Virus record (IMG/VR): IMGVR_UViG_2654587976_000001
Coordinates: 1-64,000 of that record
Direction: 5' to 3' (one strand)
Origin: a virus
Lineage: Duplodnaviria; Caudoviricetes
DNA: 64,000 nt
A program made the translations under genes and the position numbers. Each line of letters begins with the position of its first letter. Position 1 is the first letter of the stretch. The notes under the pieces were generated by a model. That model saw nothing but the letters and a program-made list of their open reading frames with translations, searched no databases and was not told where the DNA came from. Of the stretch, positions 61,911 to 64,000 are shown in pieces.

Positions 61911-63002
61911 TTAGCTCGCAATCTTCGTTTTGACTTGCTTGCGTGTCTCTATATTACGTAATTTAAGAGCCGGTTTTTCCACTATTCTGTATGAAAGGAA
62001 TGCGACGGTAGCAGTGACAGCCATCAGAACGATGATCAGCGGGTAATCAGACAATGTTTTATTAATTCCAGTGTATAAGAAGATGTTGATGATCACCATG
62101 TGCCATATGAAAATCCCCATACTGATATCATCTAACCGGTTCAGCTGCCACAATATCTTCGGCCCATTGTACCCGAACCAAATAATTGCATAGCTCAAAG
62201 GAATGAACCATAAAAAACTCCATAATGTGCTGTTTATTGAGCTGAGATGTAGAAGGTCAAATTTAAAGAATAAAAATAAAATAATAGAACATAAAAATAA
62301 AACGATATGCTGCGGTAACTTGCTCCATGCCTTAGCCCAGAAGATGCCCAAAGTGAAATAAAACATCTGCGGCAGGAAAGAATGTAAGTACAGGTTACCG
62401 AACACACTGCCAGGCGCGAGCTTTAAGATTATGAAAGAGACTAACACACTGAAAGCGGCAACAGCAAAAGAGCAAAGAATCATTTTTTGGAATCCGAAAC
62501 GTTTATAAAACCAATAAATTGCGGGTAACACCAGGTAAAAGCTAAGCTGAACAGGAATTGTCCAAAGTGAATCGTTAAGGCGACCTGTGCCAATGTGATG
62601 GAATATGTCAGGGAAGTATTGAGGGTATAACACAAAATTGCTAAGAAGCCATGTCCAGTACTCTTTAGTAGTGAGTACTGAGAATGAAAGAGCTCCTAGA
62701 ACAATTAACAGTACCGTGGAGGCAATAGCATAGGTGTATATTGCGGGTGCGATCCTGATAATTCGGCTCCAATAAAAATCGGTTGCATTATTTCCTTTAA
62801 GCTTGTATCTCTCATAAGAAGTGAAAAGAAAAAATGCGCTTAGAAAAAAGAAGATTGATATGCCGGTGTGAAACATTGCTTTACTCTCTGGGGTATAACC
62901 AAAGACAGAAATGTTTAGATCTCTTGTAGCATGGCCAACCAGCACACACAGAGCAGCAAACAGCCTGATAACAAAGAAACAATTAGAATGCTTTACGTTC
63001 AT
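61911..63002 (-). CDS. Acyltransferase-3 (OafA-like) membrane O-acyltransferase
   Basis: RLFAALCVLVGH, FFFLS, RIIRIAP, SLWTI, DISMGIFIWH and SY..VEKP; ~10 TM helices. Confidence 0.88.
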   Translation of the reverse strand: MNVKHSNCFFVIRLFAALCVLVGHATRDLNISVFGYTPESKAMFHTGISIFFFLSAFFLFTSYERYKLKGNNATDFYWSRIIRIAPAIYTYAIASTVLLIVLGALSFSVLTTKEYWTWLLSNFVLYPQYFPDIFHHIGTGRLNDSLWTIPVQLSFYLVLPAIYWFYKRFGFQKMILCSFAVAAFSVLVSFIILKLAPGSVFGNLYLHSFLPQMFYFTLGIFWAKAWSKLPQHIVLFLCSIILFLFFKFDLLHLSSINSTLWSFLWFIPLSYAIIWFGYNGPKILWQLNRLDDISMGIFIWHMVIINIFLYTGINKTLSDYPLIIVLMAVTATVAFLSYRIVEKPALKLRNIETRKQVKTKIAS

Positions 63003-63307
63003 TTTAAAGAACCTCTTTCCTATACCATATGGCGAATAAGCAGTAAGGTTGCCTATAAGCAGTGATGATTATATCATAAAAATGGAAGATTTGTTCTTAA
63101 AAATGAACTAAAATAAATATTTTTGTTCTCAATAATGTATTTTCGTGAGGTATAGAGCGGTATAGATACTTATAAATACACGTAGATATTCGTAGATACA
63201 TGCATATCTAGCTATATCATGAAGAATGCAGATAAATCACGAAGCTTCTGCCTGTTCTTTCACCTTTATTTCAAATATAGTATAATTTGGAAAAGGGGGG
63301 AGAGTGA

Positions 63308-63745
63308 ATGAAAAAGCTAATCTTTTTGGCTGTAATTTGCATTGGTTTTATATTGAGTATTAACACACCAAGTGCTGAGGCGAAGCTTACATTAGACTAC
63401 AAAAATGTGAATTTTCACATGACTGAGGATTCAGAGAGCTTTTCCATGGCAGATTATTTTGATCGGAATTATGATCGCACTTGGCTCTTCTACAAATTCA
63501 CAATTAGCAATGCAGAAGGGTGTACTCTAAATATGAAAATCAGTAGGATAACTCTTGCTGGCTGGGTATTCCCACGTAGTGAGAAGCAGTTTGTAGGGAA
63601 CTATGCCGACTATACTGCTGCAGATCGAGTAGAGGGAGATGCAAATCGTAATCATGTGCTAGAGATTACAAAGAACCCAGGCTGCGGAGACGTGTGGATT
63701 AAAGGTATTTATGGATTTGAACATGAAGATTCATTTGATTGGTAA
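63308..63745 (+). CDS. Secreted hypothetical protein
   Basis: Sec signal MKKLIFLAV...AEA; TAGTATAAT -10; terminator at ~63759-63784. Confidence 0.75.
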   Translation: MKKLIFLAVICIGFILSINTPSAEAKLTLDYKNVNFHMTEDSESFSMADYFDRNYDRTWLFYKFTISNAEGCTLNMKISRITLAGWVFPRSEKQFVGNYADYTAADRVEGDANRNHVLEITKNPGCGDVWIKGIYGFEHEDSFDW

Positions 63746-63838
63746 GCTTAATACATAGTCAAGGTATATCCTTGACCTTTTTTATGCATATGGTGATAAT
63801 TTAAAGTGATCATACATAATGAATGTGAGGTAGTAAAA

Positions 63839-64000
63839 TTGATTAAATCAAATTTAAAGCCGATATTAGACGAAAGGAATATCAGTATTCGAAAGCTGTC
63901 CAATGATATTGACCATGGTTTTAACACAGTCAGGAAGCTGTATCATGACGAAATGGAGCGGTACCCAAGGGATCTGTTGGATAAAGTCTGTACATATTTA
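63839..64000 (+). CDS. yopB: YopB-like Xre HTH regulator (truncated by the window end)
   Basis: Hand translation [21 protein letters not shown]...[17 protein letters not shown]. Confidence 0.7.
   Translation, partial: MIKSNLKPILDERNISIRKLSNDIDHGFNTVRKLYHDEMERYPRDLLDKVCTYL

Overview
The whole window is the middle of an SPbeta-like (Spbetavirus-type) Bacillus prophage. The left 47 kb, on the minus strand, carries a RapI-like rap-phr pair, a lysis module, the yom/yon-type tail, head and packaging genes, an HU-like gene (yonN) and the phage RNA polymerase yonO. The right 16 kb, mostly plus strand, is the accessory/early region: a winged-helix plus tubulin/FtsZ-family operon, the yonT/SR6/yoyJ toxin-antitoxin locus, a yonV-like helicase, a DNA methyltransferase module and many small cassette-like genes. 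Features the ORF track hides: (1) a 331-nt ORF-less group I intron splitting yonO (45355-45685); (2) a 2485-nt RT-encoding group II intron splitting the tape-measure/cwlP gene inside the GLMQ|LMP transglycosylase motif (13815-16299); (3) a ~1.3-kb ORF-free, densely hairpinned region behind yonN, plus a second unit before yonK, whose linkers are antisense to ribosome-binding/start-codon-like sequences (candidate large ncRNA or sRNA array); (4) a TAAAA-N6-TTTTA palindrome repeatedly at gene boundaries, suggesting recombinase-mobilised cassettes; (5) a 58-bp structured repeat between small early genes; (6) a directional 16-bp operator-like repeat at early promoters. yom/yon names come from recalled SPbeta gene order and protein features; no database search was run.
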